From an uncultured Streptococcus sp. (GTDB lineage Bacteria; Bacillota; Bacilli; Lactobacillales; Streptococcaceae), in the NCBI RefSeq assembly GCF_963511325.1, contig NZ_CAUPII010000003.1, positions 30,678-94,677 on the forward strand: 64,000 nt of DNA. The letters are read 5' to 3'. The position numbers and the translations under genes were made by a program. The notes under the pieces were generated by a model, which saw only the letters and a program-made list of their open reading frames with translations, made no database searches and had not been told where the DNA came from. Every line of letters starts with the position of its first letter. Positions within the stretch are counted from its first letter, which is position 1. Below, piece after piece: positions 38,955-51,668 of this stretch.

Positions 38955-39359
38955 TTATATCCTCACCTGTCTATCTTCAGATCGTTGTCCTGTGACAAAC
39001 ATGGTGAAGGTTGCCTTGCAAACATTTCGACCATCTTGGTTGGTGATATCAACATCGACGACACAAGTGGTGCGTCCATGATGGACACATTCTCCTTTGA
39101 TAGTGAGAATGTCCCCTAGATTTCCAGCTTTCAAGTAGTTAATGGAAGACTGGAGTGTCACCCCGTCTAATCCTAGCGAAATCACCACAAGACCACTGAT
39201 TTGGTCACAAAGAGTAAATAGATAGCCTCCATGGGCATTCCCATAATAGTTGAGTGAGGAGTCCACTACTTTTGTCGTCACCACAACGTGACCATCTCTC
39301 ATTTTTTCAATTTCGTAGTTTTCAAAGGCAGATATAGCGTCAAAGTGAAAATCTTTCAT
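38955..39359 (-). CDS. PaaI family thioesterase
   Basis: NYYGNAHGGYLFTLCD hotdog motif. Confidence 0.88.
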   Translation of the reverse strand: MKDFHFDAISAFENYEIEKMRDGHVVVTTKVVDSSLNYYGNAHGGYLFTLCDQISGLVVISLGLDGVTLQSSINYLKAGNLGDILTIKGECVHHGRTTCVVDVDITNQDGRNVCKATFTMFVTGQRSEDRQVRI

Positions 39360-39431
39360 ACGTTCCTCCTGATATTTCAAACGACACTATGATACTACTT
39401 TTCAAGACTCTACGCAAGAGAGAAGCTCTTA

Positions 39432-40910
39432 TTAGGGCAAAATACCAACCTGCTCCACAAAGCGCATAAAGGCTGCCTGTCCTTCTTCTGTTTGCTTGTA
39501 AACCCCTGCATCTTCCAATACCCGAGCAAAGATTTTACCCACAGATTCTTGGACAATTTCGAGAGCTTGGTCTTTATCAGTCAATCCAGGATGATTTTCT
39601 TTCAACTCATCTGCCCATTCTTGGTGATAAGTTGCGACTGATACTTCTTCTCCGACTAGATAAGCTGCTACTTGCTCCACTTCTTCCTTCAAGCGTGGTG
39701 GCAAGATTGCTAAGCCCATAACCTCAATCAAACCGATATTTTCCTTCTTGATATGTTGGACATCCTTATGAGGATGATAGATACCATCTGGATGCTCTGG
39801 AGATGTTTGATTATCCCGCAAGACCAAATCCAACTCAAACTGCCCATCTCTTTTACGCGCAATCGGTGTGATAGTGTGATGCGGTGTTCCATTACTTTCT
39901 GCCAAGACATGTACACTTGGATCTGAGTATTGACGCCAAGCCAGTAAGATTTTATCCGCTAGTTCTGTCAAATCTTCTTTAGAATCTGAAGATAGTCGAA
40001 TCACAGACATAGGCCATTGAACAATCCCTGCTTTGACAGTTTCAAAACCTTCAAAAGTAACGTTTTTCTGAATAGGAGCCACTTCCATTGGAAAAACATG
40101 GCGCCCCCCTTGATAATGATCGTGCGTCAGGATGGAACCACCCACGATTGGCAAATCAGCATTCGAACCAGCAAAGTAGCCTGGAAACTGCTCCACAATT
40201 GCTAACAAACGTTCAAAACTTTGGCGACTAATGGCCATAGGACGATGCTTGCTATCTAGGAAAATACAGTGCTCATTAAAGTAAGCGTAAGGCGAATATT
40301 GGAAGCCCCACTCCTGCCCAGAAATATCAAAACGAATAATTCGGTGATTGCTTCTAGCTGGATGATTGACACGACCATGATAACCTTCATTCTCCATACA
40401 GAGCTGACATTTAGGATAGTTACTGGATTTAACCAACTTAGCTGCCGCAATCTCCTTTGGATCCTTTTCAGGCTTAGAGAGATTGATGGTAATCTCCAGT
40501 TCACCGTAGTCAGATGGTACACGATAAGCAATATTCTTTGCGATAGCCTTCAGTTTGATGTAGTCATTCTTCTGACTGAGTTGGTAGAAATCCGCAATTG
40601 CCTGCTCTGGTGACTGGGCATAGGTATCCCAAAAGTCACGATTAACCTGACTTGGACAAGGCGTTACCAAGTCCATGAGGTCAGCACCGAGAATCTCACG
40701 CTCAGCCTGACTATCTTCAATTGTTTCCAATCGAACGGCTTCTTCGACAAGCTGATCTTTTAGTTCAATCAAATCATCCTGGTCAGTCTCAACTTCAAGA
40801 ACTCCATCTCCCACCAGCGCTAAAACACGATTGGTTAGATAGATTCGATCCAACTCTTCAAAGCTACTTTCTGCAATGACTTTGGTCACAAAATTTTCTA
40901 TTAAGGTCAC
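39432..40910 (-). CDS. galT: Galactose-1-phosphate uridylyltransferase (class II)
   Basis: [20 protein letters not shown]. Confidence 0.95.
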   Translation of the reverse strand: MTLIENFVTKVIAESSFEELDRIYLTNRVLALVGDGVLEVETDQDDLIELKDQLVEEAVRLETIEDSQAEREILGADLMDLVTPCPSQVNRDFWDTYAQSPEQAIADFYQLSQKNDYIKLKAIAKNIAYRVPSDYGELEITINLSKPEKDPKEIAAAKLVKSSNYPKCQLCMENEGYHGRVNHPARSNHRIIRFDISGQEWGFQYSPYAYFNEHCIFLDSKHRPMAISRQSFERLLAIVEQFPGYFAGSNADLPIVGGSILTHDHYQGGRHVFPMEVAPIQKNVTFEGFETVKAGIVQWPMSVIRLSSDSKEDLTELADKILLAWRQYSDPSVHVLAESNGTPHHTITPIARKRDGQFELDLVLRDNQTSPEHPDGIYHPHKDVQHIKKENIGLIEVMGLAILPPRLKEEVEQVAAYLVGEEVSVATYHQEWADELKENHPGLTDKDQALEIVQESVGKIFARVLEDAGVYKQTEEGQAAFMRFVEQVGILP

Positions 40911-40928
40911 TTAATAACCTCCTTTTGA

Positions 40929-42107
40929 CTATTCTAGGATGCGAGTTCCACCTGCCACTTCAGCGATATAGAAGCTTGGAGCGTAGCCAACGATTTCTTC
41001 ATAGTGCTTGCCTACAGCTTCTTTAAAGGAATCAACAGCATCTTTTTGAACCAAGGCGATCGCACAACCACCAAAGCCAGCTCCTGTCATACGAGCACCA
41101 AGAACACCTTCTTGAGCCCAAGCAGTGTGAACAAGGGTATCTAATTCCAAGCCAGTCACTTCATAATCATGCTCAAGAGAAACGTGAGATGCATTCATCA
41201 AACGACCAAACTTGTCCAAATCTCCTGCTTGAAGAGCCGCTTGTGCTTTAAGTGTACGTTGGTTTTCAAGAACAGCATGGCGAGCACGTTTCAAACGATT
41301 TTCATCTTTGATGAGGTAACTGTATTCATCAAAAGCCCACTCATCCAATTCACCCAAGGTTTGAATGTCCAAAGCCACTTGGAGTTCTTCTACTGCTTTT
41401 TCACATTCAGCACGACGTTCATTGTATTTAGAGTCTGCAAGTTCACGGCGTTTGTTGGTATTCATGATAACAACGACATTGTCTTTCAAATCAAGTGGAA
41501 CCAAGTCGTACTCTAAAGTATTTGTATCAAGGTAAATAGCACGTTGGTCTGCCCCCATACCGATAGCAAATTGGTCCATGATACCAGAATTAACCCCAAT
41601 AAAATTATTCTCTGTCAATTTCCCGATTTTTACTAAATCTAGACGGTCCAATTTTAGGTCAAAAAGGTATTCTGCAACAACACCAGTCAACAACTCCAAA
41701 GAAGCTGAAGATGACAAACCAGCTCCATTTGGGATATTTCCAAATACATAGAAATCAAAACCTTTATCAATCACATGTCCAGCTTCTTGCAAGAAATGAA
41801 GAACACCTTTTGGATAGTTAGTCCAGTTGTGCTCTTTCTCAAATTTAAGGTCAGCTAGAGGAACTTCGATAATTCCTTTATCCTCAAAGTTTACTGAGTA
41901 GAAACGCAAAACTTGATCATCGCGCTTGCGAGCAGCCCCATAAGTTCCTAGTGAAATAGCTGCTGGGAAAACATGGCCACCGTTGTAGTCAGTATGCTCC
42001 CCGATCAAGTTGATACGGCCTGGTGAAAAGAAGGTTTGATCTGCTTCTTGACCAAAAACAGCAAGAAAGTCCTTGCGAAGTGCATCAGCAGTAAGATGTT
42101 GTGTCAT
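40929..42107 (-). CDS. galK: Galactokinase
   Basis: [23 protein letters not shown] and GAGFGG. Confidence 0.96.
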   Translation of the reverse strand: MTQHLTADALRKDFLAVFGQEADQTFFSPGRINLIGEHTDYNGGHVFPAAISLGTYGAARKRDDQVLRFYSVNFEDKGIIEVPLADLKFEKEHNWTNYPKGVLHFLQEAGHVIDKGFDFYVFGNIPNGAGLSSSASLELLTGVVAEYLFDLKLDRLDLVKIGKLTENNFIGVNSGIMDQFAIGMGADQRAIYLDTNTLEYDLVPLDLKDNVVVIMNTNKRRELADSKYNERRAECEKAVEELQVALDIQTLGELDEWAFDEYSYLIKDENRLKRARHAVLENQRTLKAQAALQAGDLDKFGRLMNASHVSLEHDYEVTGLELDTLVHTAWAQEGVLGARMTGAGFGGCAIALVQKDAVDSFKEAVGKHYEEIVGYAPSFYIAEVAGGTRILE

Positions 42108-42149
42108 ATGAATTCTCCTTTGACAATTGTTAGGTAAAAAAACTTCACC

Positions 42150-42163
42150 TGTAATCGTTTTCT
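42150..42163. promoter_or_regulatory. Putative CcpA cre site
   Basis: TGTAATCGTTTTCT fits TGWAANCGNTNWCA except for the last base; lies upstream of galK. Confidence 0.55.
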
Positions 42164-42197
42164 TCTATTGTACCTAAGGGTTTTGCTTTGGTCAACA

Positions 42198-43276
<1,079 letters not shown>

Positions 43277-43339
43277 GCACAACACTTGAACATAAAAAAA
43301 ACCTAATAGAGTTTCTCAAATCCTATTAGGTTTTTCTTT

Positions 43340-44377
43340 TTAATCCATCACAATCATAGATTTAATGGTCTTGCGTTCATCCATGGCCTTATATGCTTTG
43401 TCAATATCTTCTAGTTTGTAACTTGAAGTAAAGACACGACCTGGATTGATATCACCATCAAGAACAGCTTTGAGCAAGAATTGCTTATCGTATGTTGTTG
43501 CAGAAGCTGCTCCACCTGCAACAGAGATATTTTGCATAAAGGTTGAACCAAGAGCACGATTCTTATAATGTGGAACTCCTACAAATCCCATACGACCGCC
43601 ATTATGAAGGACACCCAGTGCTTGCTCAACAGCCGCCTCAGTACCGACACATTCGAGAGCTGCATCTGCTCCACCACCGAGAATTTCTCGCACCTTGGTA
43701 ATGCCTTCTTCACCACGCTCAGCCACAACCGCTGTCGCACCTGACTCCAAGGCCATCTTTTGACGGTCTTCGTGTCGACTCATAAGGACGATTTGTGAAG
43801 CTCCACGCATCTTAGCTGCGATAACAGCACATTGCCCAACAGCTCCATCGCCAATGACCACAACCTTATCGCCTTTTTGAACATTAGCAACACGCGCTGC
43901 ATGATAGCCTGTTGGCATGACATCCGCCAGAGTCAAGAGAGACTTGAGCATCCCTTCTGTGTAGTCAGACGGTTGCTCTGGGATTTTAACAAGGGCCCAA
44001 TTAGCGTAGTGGAAGCGGAGATATTCAGCCTGGAAATTCCCTCCTAGATTATTTCCAATATGATTGTCACAGGAACCATCAAATCCAGCACGACAAGCAT
44101 CGCATTCGCCACAACCATGAGTGAATGGCACAATCACAAAATCACCGGGCTTGACCGTTGTAATGGCTTCTCCAATTTCTTCAACGATACCAATCGCTTC
44201 GTGTCCACTATTTTTGTGACCTGCTTTAATATCTGGATTGCGATAGCTCCATAGATCTGAACCACAAACGCAAGCACGAACTACACGGATAATGACATCA
44301 TCCGATTCTTGAATGCTTGGACGCTTGATTTCCTCAATGCCGACCTGACCTGCCTTGGTATAAATTGCTGATTTCAT
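43340..44377 (-). CDS. Zn-dependent alcohol dehydrogenase (pneumococcal AdhB/AdhC-like)
   Basis: CGSD, GHE, CGECDAC and GDGAVG. Confidence 0.88.
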   Translation of the reverse strand: MKSAIYTKAGQVGIEEIKRPSIQESDDVIIRVVRACVCGSDLWSYRNPDIKAGHKNSGHEAIGIVEEIGEAITTVKPGDFVIVPFTHGCGECDACRAGFDGSCDNHIGNNLGGNFQAEYLRFHYANWALVKIPEQPSDYTEGMLKSLLTLADVMPTGYHAARVANVQKGDKVVVIGDGAVGQCAVIAAKMRGASQIVLMSRHEDRQKMALESGATAVVAERGEEGITKVREILGGGADAALECVGTEAAVEQALGVLHNGGRMGFVGVPHYKNRALGSTFMQNISVAGGAASATTYDKQFLLKAVLDGDINPGRVFTSSYKLEDIDKAYKAMDERKTIKSMIVMD

Positions 44378-44456
44378 TTAAAAATTTCCTCTCTCTATGT
44401 AACTACCTTTAGTATACACTTTTTATTTAGCTTTCGCTCACTTATACTACATCTCA

Positions 44457-45359
44457 TTAATGATGATGTTCCTGTCCATGACTTTGACCTACTTCCAACT
44501 CCTCCATATTTCGCTTATGGGCTTGGTGTGTTTCTAGGTCTGCATCAACCTCAATGGTGATATTTTGGAAACCACAATCTTTGAGCAAGTCTCGGATAGA
44601 CTCTTTACAGACCTCCATGTGGTTGACATGCTCTAGACAAACATGGACAATGGCGTTCTTTTCCAAACCATCCATAGTCCAGAGATTAAGCTGATTGATA
44701 CTAGCTACATGGTCCAATTGCTCCAAATCACTCTTGACTTGCTTGATATCTACACCTTCTGGCACAGCATCAAGGAAAATCTTGAGTGTAGACCAAAAAC
44801 GTGGAATAGCTTTTGACAGAATAAAGATAGAAATGACAAGAGATAAGAGCGGATCAAGAATATACCAGTCGGTAAATCGCAGAACAATGGCCATTAGGAT
44901 AACAGCCACCCAACCCAGAGTATCTTCCAGAAAATGAAGACTCAGAATAGACTCATTCTTGGTTTTTCCTTTACGAACTATTAGACTTGCCAGCACATTA
45001 ATGCTAACAGCAATGATTCCTAACCATAAGATTCCCTCATCGTTGACAGGTTGTGGATTAAAGAGTTTCGTTATATTTTCTAAAATAACGAGAACAGACC
45101 CTGTCATTAGAATCACAGCCGTTACCATGGCCCCCAAGAGGCTAAAGCGCTTGTAACCCAAGGTGTAATGACTATCCTCTTCACGATTGGAAATTGTTTC
45201 AAGAACGGCTGATACCCCAATTGCGATTGCATCTCCCAAATCATGGACAGAGTCCGCAAGAACAGCACTAGAACCAAATACTCCGCCTGCAATAAACTCA
45301 ACAATGGCGTAACTCAAATTTAAGAAAAAAGCCAGCCAAATAGCACGTTTTGAACTCAT
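44457..45359 (-). CDS. czcD: Cation diffusion facilitator Zn/Co/Cd exporter
   Basis: LADSVHDLGD, HFLEDTLGW and a His-rich C-terminus. Confidence 0.92.
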   Translation of the reverse strand: MSSKRAIWLAFFLNLSYAIVEFIAGGVFGSSAVLADSVHDLGDAIAIGVSAVLETISNREEDSHYTLGYKRFSLLGAMVTAVILMTGSVLVILENITKLFNPQPVNDEGILWLGIIAVSINVLASLIVRKGKTKNESILSLHFLEDTLGWVAVILMAIVLRFTDWYILDPLLSLVISIFILSKAIPRFWSTLKIFLDAVPEGVDIKQVKSDLEQLDHVASINQLNLWTMDGLEKNAIVHVCLEHVNHMEVCKESIRDLLKDCGFQNITIEVDADLETHQAHKRNMEELEVGQSHGQEHHH

Positions 45360-45383
45360 TTTTTCACCTTCCTTTGTTATAAT

Positions 45384-45490
45384 GGGACTAGGAAAATTTT
45401 ATAAAAAGTTTTCCTAGTCCTACGCCCGTAATGCTGATTAGATGCTCTTCGAGCTAAATAGCGAAAGAAGATCCCAATCAGCTACTGCGT
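45384..45490. repeat. Multi-hairpin intergenic element upstream of czcD
   Basis: Perfect 12-bp arms GGACTAGGAAAA/TTTTCCTAGTCC, then ACGC..GCTGATT..AATCAGC..GCGT. Confidence 0.45.
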
Positions 45491-45589
45491 CAAACATATA
45501 TTTCTATAAATATTCTGAGAAATGAGACTATTATCTCTTCTCTTCATTGTTATTATCCAATAAAATAAAAAGAAAGGATAGGAGCAAAC

Positions 45590-45614
45590 TGTTCGGTTTG
45601 TAAGTTACTGAACA
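45590..45614. promoter_or_regulatory. Candidate SczA operator
   Basis: TGTTCGGT-9 nt-ACTGAACA near-palindrome between czcD and its divergent TetR gene. Confidence 0.45.
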
Positions 45615-45633
45615 ATTGATTCAAATTGTCTAT

Positions 45634-46179
45634 ATGAGTACTCAAGATCGTCGTATTACCAAGACTCGGAAAGCTATCTATACTGCTTTTTTACAATTAC
45701 TAAATCAAAAAGATTATGAATCCATCACGGTCCAAGAGATCATCGACCTAGCCGACGTTGGTCGTTCAACCTTCTACAGTCATTATGAAAGTAAGGAATT
45801 ACTCCTAGATGAGCTCTGCCGTTATCTCTTTCATCATCTTTTTGAACGCGAGGAAAATATTAGCATCGAAGCATATTTGACACATATTTTTTTGCATTTT
45901 AAGAAAAATCAAGACCATGTCACCAGCCTTCTTTTTTCAAAAAATGACTACTTCCTTCGTCAATTGCAAAAAGAATTAGAACACCATGTTTATCCCATGG
46001 TTGCAGAGGACTTGCAAGTTTCCTATCCTAAGATTCCGGCCTCCTACCTCAAACATTTTGTTGTCAGCAATTTTATTGAAACACTGACCTGGTGGTTAAA
46101 AAAAGGAAAATCTTATAAGGAAGATCAAGTAGTGAGATTTTACTTAGACGTCATGGAAATGACAACCAAACAAAAATAG
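45634..46179 (+). CDS. sczA: TetR-family Zn-responsive regulator
   Basis: DRRITKTRKAI...VGRSTFYSHYESKE, divergent from czcD. ATG 45634. Confidence 0.85.
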   Translation: MSTQDRRITKTRKAIYTAFLQLLNQKDYESITVQEIIDLADVGRSTFYSHYESKELLLDELCRYLFHHLFEREENISIEAYLTHIFLHFKKNQDHVTSLLFSKNDYFLRQLQKELEHHVYPMVAEDLQVSYPKIPASYLKHFVVSNFIETLTWWLKKGKSYKEDQVVRFYLDVMEMTTKQK

Positions 46180-46211
46180 ATCATCATTATTCTAGCTAGA
46201 GAGGAAATCTT

Positions 46212-46574
46212 ATGAACTTCGTTATTATTCTTGCTATTTTTTTAGCCTTCTTACTTCTTGCTTTTCCTCTTCATCATTTATTGGCTAGCCTTTCAGAATT
46301 AAGAAAAGGCAGGAATCCCCTAGGAAATCAGCTTCTCCTTATCGGAAGTATCCTTGCTACCTTATCTATCTTCCTCTACTTCTTTGCTACCTTATCTATC
46401 TTCTGCTACTTCTTTTTGCCGATTGTCGCACTATCTATTTGGCTAATTGGCTGTGGTTTGATTTGCTACGGAGCCTATTGGAATGACAAACAGAAAGGAA
46501 CCTTTAAAAAGTCTCACCATATCATCAGAATTACATTTGCTATAGTATTGACACTTATACTACTTTTATTCTAA
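46212..46574 (+). CDS. Hypothetical membrane protein
   Basis: GAGG RBS, hydrophobic 120-aa ORF, followed by a terminator. Confidence 0.6.
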   Translation: MNFVIILAIFLAFLLLAFPLHHLLASLSELRKGRNPLGNQLLLIGSILATLSIFLYFFATLSIFCYFFLPIVALSIWLIGCGLICYGAYWNDKQKGTFKKSHHIIRITFAIVLTLILLLF

Positions 46575-46640
46575 TACAAAAACCCTATCTTATCTAAAAA
46601 GCAAGATGGGTTTTTTGTTAGTATAAAGTAATTTCTATAT

Positions 46641-48161
46641 TTATTTTTGAAGTATTCCTTCTTGAAGGAGAAATTCACGCGCTACTGTTTCGGCCGACTT
46701 GCCTTCCACACCAACCTGGTAGTTGAACTGACTCATCTGGCTCTCGGTGATTTTACCAGCTAATTTATTGAGGACTGCTTCCAACTCAGGATGTTTTTCG
46801 AGTAATTTAGCTTTCATCAGTGGAGCGCCTTGGTATGGAGGGAAGAGTTGTTTATCATCCTCCAAAACCACTAAATCATAGCGAGCAATTTCAGCATCTG
46901 TTGAGTAAGCATCTGTAATTTGAATGTCCCCTGACTGGATGGCTTGGTAGCGAAGAGCTGGCTCCATGGTTGCCACATTGAGATTCAATCCATAAACAGA
47001 CTGCAAGCCCTTGTTTCCATCCTCACGGTCATTAAACTCCAGAGTGAATCCCGCCTTGAGCTGTCCTTCTACTTTTTTCAAGTCTGAAATCGTCTTCAGT
47101 CCATATTCTTGCGCAATCTTTTTGGGAACTGCAATTGCATAAGTATTTTGATAAGCCATGGGTTTGAGAAAGGCTAGTTGATCCTGTTTAGCAATACCAT
47201 CACGAGCAACTTCATAAACCTTTTCTGGGTCATGCCCAACTTCTGGAGATGGTTGGAGGAGACTCTCCGTCACTGTCCCAGAAAATTCTGGATAGATATC
47301 AATGTCCCCTTTTTTCAGCGCTTGGTAAAGAAAGTCTGTCTTCCCAAAGTTAGGCTTGACCGTCACCGTCATATCCGTATTTTCCTCGATGAGAAGTTTA
47401 TACATATTCATGAGAATCTCAGGTTCAGGTCCTAACTTCCCAGCAATGACGAGATTGTCTTTCTCATTATGTGGAATAATGCTTGGAGTATAACTAACTC
47501 CCAAACCAAGGAACATAACAGCAAAGGCCGCAACAATTGTACGCAACTTTGCCTTTTCCAACCATTTGAGAATGACATTAAAGAGAATGGCCAAGATAGC
47601 CGATGAAATAGCCCCGATTAAAATCAGACTAGCATTCCGACGATCAATACCCAAAAGGATAAAGGATCCCAATCCTCCAGCTCCCACAAGAGCGGCTAAA
47701 GTCGCTGTCCCAATGATCATAACGGTTGCTGTACGAACCCCCGATACAATGACAGGCATGGCCAGTGGAATTTCAAACTTCTTGAGTCGCTCCCACTTGG
47801 TCATCCCAAAAGCAATCCCTGCCTCCTCAAGACTAGGATCAATGCCGTTCAGGGCTGTGATTGTATTTTCCAAAATCGGGAAAATAGCATAAATGACAAG
47901 AGCTGTGAGGGCTGGTAAGGTCCCAATCCCCATGAAAGGAATAAAGAGCCCCAAAAAAGCCATTGAAGGAATTGTCTGGAAGATACCCGCAACTTGTAGC
48001 ACCCAGGTCGCTGCCTTTTTGTGACCATTTAGATAAACCGCAAGTGGGATGGTTAGAAAAATAGCGACCAATAAGGTCAAAAGCGATAATTGTAGGTGTT
48101 GTCCCAGAGCTGTTACCCATTCACTAAATCGCTCATGAAAGGTTGAAATCAAATTAGACAT
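46641..48161 (-). CDS. Glycine betaine/choline ABC permease-substrate-binding fusion (ProWX-like)
   Basis: [16 protein letters not shown], and a C-terminal OpuAC-type domain ([13 protein letters not shown]). Confidence 0.9.
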   Translation of the reverse strand: MSNLISTFHERFSEWVTALGQHLQLSLLTLLVAIFLTIPLAVYLNGHKKAATWVLQVAGIFQTIPSMAFLGLFIPFMGIGTLPALTALVIYAIFPILENTITALNGIDPSLEEAGIAFGMTKWERLKKFEIPLAMPVIVSGVRTATVMIIGTATLAALVGAGGLGSFILLGIDRRNASLILIGAISSAILAILFNVILKWLEKAKLRTIVAAFAVMFLGLGVSYTPSIIPHNEKDNLVIAGKLGPEPEILMNMYKLLIEENTDMTVTVKPNFGKTDFLYQALKKGDIDIYPEFSGTVTESLLQPSPEVGHDPEKVYEVARDGIAKQDQLAFLKPMAYQNTYAIAVPKKIAQEYGLKTISDLKKVEGQLKAGFTLEFNDREDGNKGLQSVYGLNLNVATMEPALRYQAIQSGDIQITDAYSTDAEIARYDLVVLEDDKQLFPPYQGAPLMKAKLLEKHPELEAVLNKLAGKITESQMSQFNYQVGVEGKSAETVAREFLLQEGILQK

Positions 48162-48882
48162 GAAGGCTACCTCCAAACAAGTTTGCTACAAAGTCTGTCG
48201 CAGGCGCTTGTAAAATTGTTTCAGGTTCTGCGACCTGGCGAATTTCTCCATCCTGTAAAACAGCAATTCTATCGCCCAATTTTAAAGCCTCGTCCGTATC
48301 ATGGGTAACGAAGATGGTCGTCATCCCGAATTCTTTGTGCAATTCTTTGGTGAGAGCTTGCAACTGCTTGCGAGAGATAGCATCCAAGGCTGAAAAAGGT
48401 TCGTCCATCAATAAAATTTTTGGTTCCCCAATGATGGCTCGCACAATGCCAATCCGCTGTTGCTCCCCACCAGATAACTCGCTTGGTAACCGATGAGCAT
48501 ACTCTGCAGCAGGGAGACCAACCTTGTTCAAGAGTTCTTCTGTTTTAGAAGCAATTTGTTCTTTCGTCCAGCCCTTCATTTCAGGAATGAGAGCAATATT
48601 TTCCGCAACTGTCAAGTTAGGAAATAGGGCAATGGCTTGAAGGACATAGCCGGTACTGAGACGTAGCTCCCGTTCGTCATAGTCTTTGATGCGTTTCCCA
48701 TCCATATAGATATTGCCATCTGTCGGTTCCAAAAGACGATTGACCATCTTGATCATAGTGGTCTTACCAGATCCTGAAGGACCCACTAGCACCATGAATT
48801 CTCCATTTTCAATACGGAGATTGACATCTTTTAAAATATTTTTATCCGTGTAGCGCAAGGCCACATGTTTGTATTCAATCAT
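48154..48882 (-). CDS. Osmoprotectant ABC ATPase (ProV-like)
   Basis: [17 protein letters not shown] and MDEPFSALD. Confidence 0.9.
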   Translation of the reverse strand: MIEYKHVALRYTDKNILKDVNLRIENGEFMVLVGPSGSGKTTMIKMVNRLLEPTDGNIYMDGKRIKDYDERELRLSTGYVLQAIALFPNLTVAENIALIPEMKGWTKEQIASKTEELLNKVGLPAAEYAHRLPSELSGGEQQRIGIVRAIIGEPKILLMDEPFSALDAISRKQLQALTKELHKEFGMTTIFVTHDTDEALKLGDRIAVLQDGEIRQVAEPETILQAPATDFVANLFGGSLHV

Positions 48883-49729
48883 GTTCTTCCTCAATAAGTT
48901 TTCTATCTCTAAGAATATCCAATAGGCTGCTTGCTGGATGCCCTAAGACTTTTTCGATATCTGTTGAAACCCCAGCCTGTTCCCCAACTTTAATCGCTGT
49001 ATAAGTACTGACCCAGGCATCGTACTCCCAAGTTTGTGCTGGCCATTTTTTTCGTGACTCATAGGCTTCTTCTAATGATTCATCTACATACGTGATGGTC
49101 TTACCGCTCTCTTTTGAGAGGAGCGCTACGATTTCTTGCATAGAAAGATTCTCTGGCCCTGTCAAATTCAAGCTTTGATTTTCCCACTCCTTAGGATTTA
49201 AAAGAATTTCTGCTGCAACCCTAGATGTGTCCTTACGGGCAACAGCTGATACCAGGCCACTACCAGCCGGACCGCGAATTTCTCCATTTTCAAGTGCAAT
49301 ATCAATCAAGAAGTCCAAATAAAAATTATCTCTCAAAAAAGTGTAGGTGAACCCTAACTCCTTGATATAGGCTTCCGTCTGGGCATGATCTCGAGACAAG
49401 GTAAAAGTTGCCTTCTCATCTGCCCCATAAAAGGAAGTATAAACGATATGTTGCACCTCCGCTAGCTTTGCAGCATTTAAAAACTCCTTGTGCTCCTTGA
49501 CACGCTCTGGATTTTCCCTAGCAGAAACCATCAACAAGATATCGATACCCTTTAAGGCCTCAACCACCTCTGGAGTATTGGTATAGGACATTCTACGGAT
49601 TTCCGCTGACTCATAGATCTTTGCACGTTCTGGGCTTCGTGCTAGATGGACTGAGGCGATTCCTTTTTTATCGACAAGATCAGCCACATAGGAGCCTAAG
49701 TTCCCTGTTACACCTGTAATTCCGATCAT
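48875..49729 (-). CDS. NmrA-like/atypical SDR NAD(P)-binding protein
   Basis: ITGVTGNLG Rossmann motif. Confidence 0.85.
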   Translation of the reverse strand: MIGITGVTGNLGSYVADLVDKKGIASVHLARSPERAKIYESAEIRRMSYTNTPEVVEALKGIDILLMVSARENPERVKEHKEFLNAAKLAEVQHIVYTSFYGADEKATFTLSRDHAQTEAYIKELGFTYTFLRDNFYLDFLIDIALENGEIRGPAGSGLVSAVARKDTSRVAAEILLNPKEWENQSLNLTGPENLSMQEIVALLSKESGKTITYVDESLEEAYESRKKWPAQTWEYDAWVSTYTAIKVGEQAGVSTDIEKVLGHPASSLLDILRDRKLIEEEHD

Positions 49730-49747
49730 AACTGTTACTTCCTTTCC

Positions 49748-50197
49748 CTAGATGTCATTTTCTTTAGCTTTTAGATTTGAGATAATACGCTCTTGATAAG
49801 CTTCAAATTCTTGGATTTCTTGATCCGAAAAGCCTTGGTAGAAAATTTCACCCAATTCTTTGCTGACACGGTCTCCAATTTCTTTTTGTTCCCAACCTAA
49901 TTCTGTCAAAGAGATATATTTTTTCCTTTTATCTTGTGTGCAAGGTTGAATCGTGACCAAGCCTTGTTCTTCCAATTTCTTAACCATACTGGTCAATGTA
50001 TTATTGGCTAGACCCGTCGCAAGAGCGATATCGGTCGCTGTAGCGCACCCCAACTCTTGCTTCCACAAAATCGTTAAAATTTTTCCCTGTTCACTTCTGT
50101 ATTGAGCATCTGGTTGCTTGCTCAATAGTTTTTGAAAGATACGCCCGTTTAACAATCGAATCTGTAGAGCTTGGTATCCCCCTAACATCTTGTCCAT
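49748..50197 (-). CDS. MarR-family regulator
   Basis: TLTSMVKKLEEQGLV...DKRKKYISLTELG. Confidence 0.88.
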   Translation of the reverse strand: MDKMLGGYQALQIRLLNGRIFQKLLSKQPDAQYRSEQGKILTILWKQELGCATATDIALATGLANNTLTSMVKKLEEQGLVTIQPCTQDKRKKYISLTELGWEQKEIGDRVSKELGEIFYQGFSDQEIQEFEAYQERIISNLKAKENDI

Positions 50198-50330
50198 TTT
50201 GTCTCCTTTTTTATTCTATATCGAACTTTTTAATTATTGTAACACCCTAAATTACATCTGTCAACTATTTCGATATGGAAATAATAAAAAACTTCCTACC
50301 AAAAAGTAGAAAGTCAGCATTTTTATAAAA

Positions 50331-50690
50331 TTAAACATGCATCACATATGAAGCATTCCTCTTAAAGAAATTACTATGTACCAGATAAGGATCATACTTA
50401 GAATTTTGACTATAAACCAGCCATAAGGGAATGATAAAAATTTTTATATAGTAGAGTAAGCAAAAAAGTAAAAAAGAACTAAAACTAAGAGTTTTTAACT
50501 CAAGAAAGTAAAGATAACAGACAATTGATGTATTCAATAGAATATTAAATCCCTTAGCAAAACTAGCTGATAAGATATTCGTCTTGATCTGAGGATTAAA
50601 AAGTTTGACAAGAAACAAGGCTAATAAAGAGATATTATAGATACAAATTGGCTTGAAATCATGACGATAGAAAACTAAAAACAAGAACAA
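50331..50690 (-). pseudogene. Probable 5'-truncated membrane protein gene
   Basis: Hydrophobic low-GC ORF with only a TTG start abutting a RUP-like element, and no RBS. Confidence 0.4.
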
Positions 50691-50697
50691 AGAATGC

Positions 50698-50786
50698 TAC
50701 AGTGGATTGAACTTAGAGTAGTACAATATAGATTCTAAAACATTTTTAGCAGTCTTTGTGTACTGTTCTAGATTCATTCTACTATA
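50698..50786. mobile_element. Degenerate RUP-like MITE
   Basis: TACAGTGGATTGAA...TAGTACA...TTCTAAAACATT...ATTCTACTATA, with the RUP-type terminal IRs; shortened to 89 bp. Confidence 0.65.
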
Positions 50787-50857
50787 TTTTCCGTATAAAA
50801 GCAGACAAATGTCTACTAGGAATGTTGAGTTTTGGCAAACGACTAGTAATGATGATG

Positions 50858-51370
50858 CTATAGATTCCTTATCTCAAATACTGCCGTATGAATCCACTCG
50901 TTATGCATTTGAAAGTCATTTTCTATGATTTTACTAAAGGTGAAACCATTTTTTAAAAGCACTATCTGAGAGGCCTGATTGTCCCTTGCCGTCCCTGCGA
51001 TAATCTTATGTAAACCATAAGTAGTAAAGGCCTTTTCTAAAACGAGTTTAACTGCTTCGCTTGCATAACCTAAATTGGTAACATTTTCTCCAATCCTATA
51101 TCCAAGTTCTGCTATTTTTTTATCCTTCCCTAAAACACTTAAATTGATTCTTCCAACCATAATGCCTTGTGCGTCTCTAATAAGATGCATGTAGACATCA
51201 TGATTCTCTTGTTCCCTTAACAATTCCCTTGTAATTTCTTTAAAACCTTCTAAGTCAAAATAGTGAGCTGGTCTAGGAGGTAAACTTCGCTCAAAATACT
51301 CCCGATTTTCTTTTTCAAAAGAATAGATATCTATACTATTGTCTTCAGACATCAGCTCTAAACTTATCAT
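50858..51370 (-). CDS. GNAT (RimJ/RimL-like) acetyltransferase
   Basis: AELGYRIG..GYASEA and NQASQIVLLKNGF. AGGAGA RBS before ATG 51370. Confidence 0.85.
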   Translation of the reverse strand: MISLELMSEDNSIDIYSFEKENREYFERSLPPRPAHYFDLEGFKEITRELLREQENHDVYMHLIRDAQGIMVGRINLSVLGKDKKIAELGYRIGENVTNLGYASEAVKLVLEKAFTTYGLHKIIAGTARDNQASQIVLLKNGFTFSKIIENDFQMHNEWIHTAVFEIRNL

Positions 51371-51668
51371 TGTAAACCATCTCCTATCATTCTCTAAACT
51401 CAAATTTACTCATGTTCACACAAAGTGACATTTACAAAATTTAAAGAGATATCTTTATTTTTTTCATATCGTATCTACATTGTAACACAAGATACTATGA
51501 AGAAAAATAATATCCATCAAGGTCCTCATAAATTCCAACATCTTACTAAACAGGCTGGAACGCCTATGGAAGCTATTTTTGAAGCATACTTGACTAACCT
51601 TCATAAAATGATATTGGCTTACAAATAAAGAAGAAAACCATCTCAAATTTGATGAGATGGTTAATCAT

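Noticed and set aside
51425..51646. Overlapping 67-aa and 60-aa ORFs on opposite strands
   Set aside because: No RBS or recognisable motif; likely spurious or decayed.
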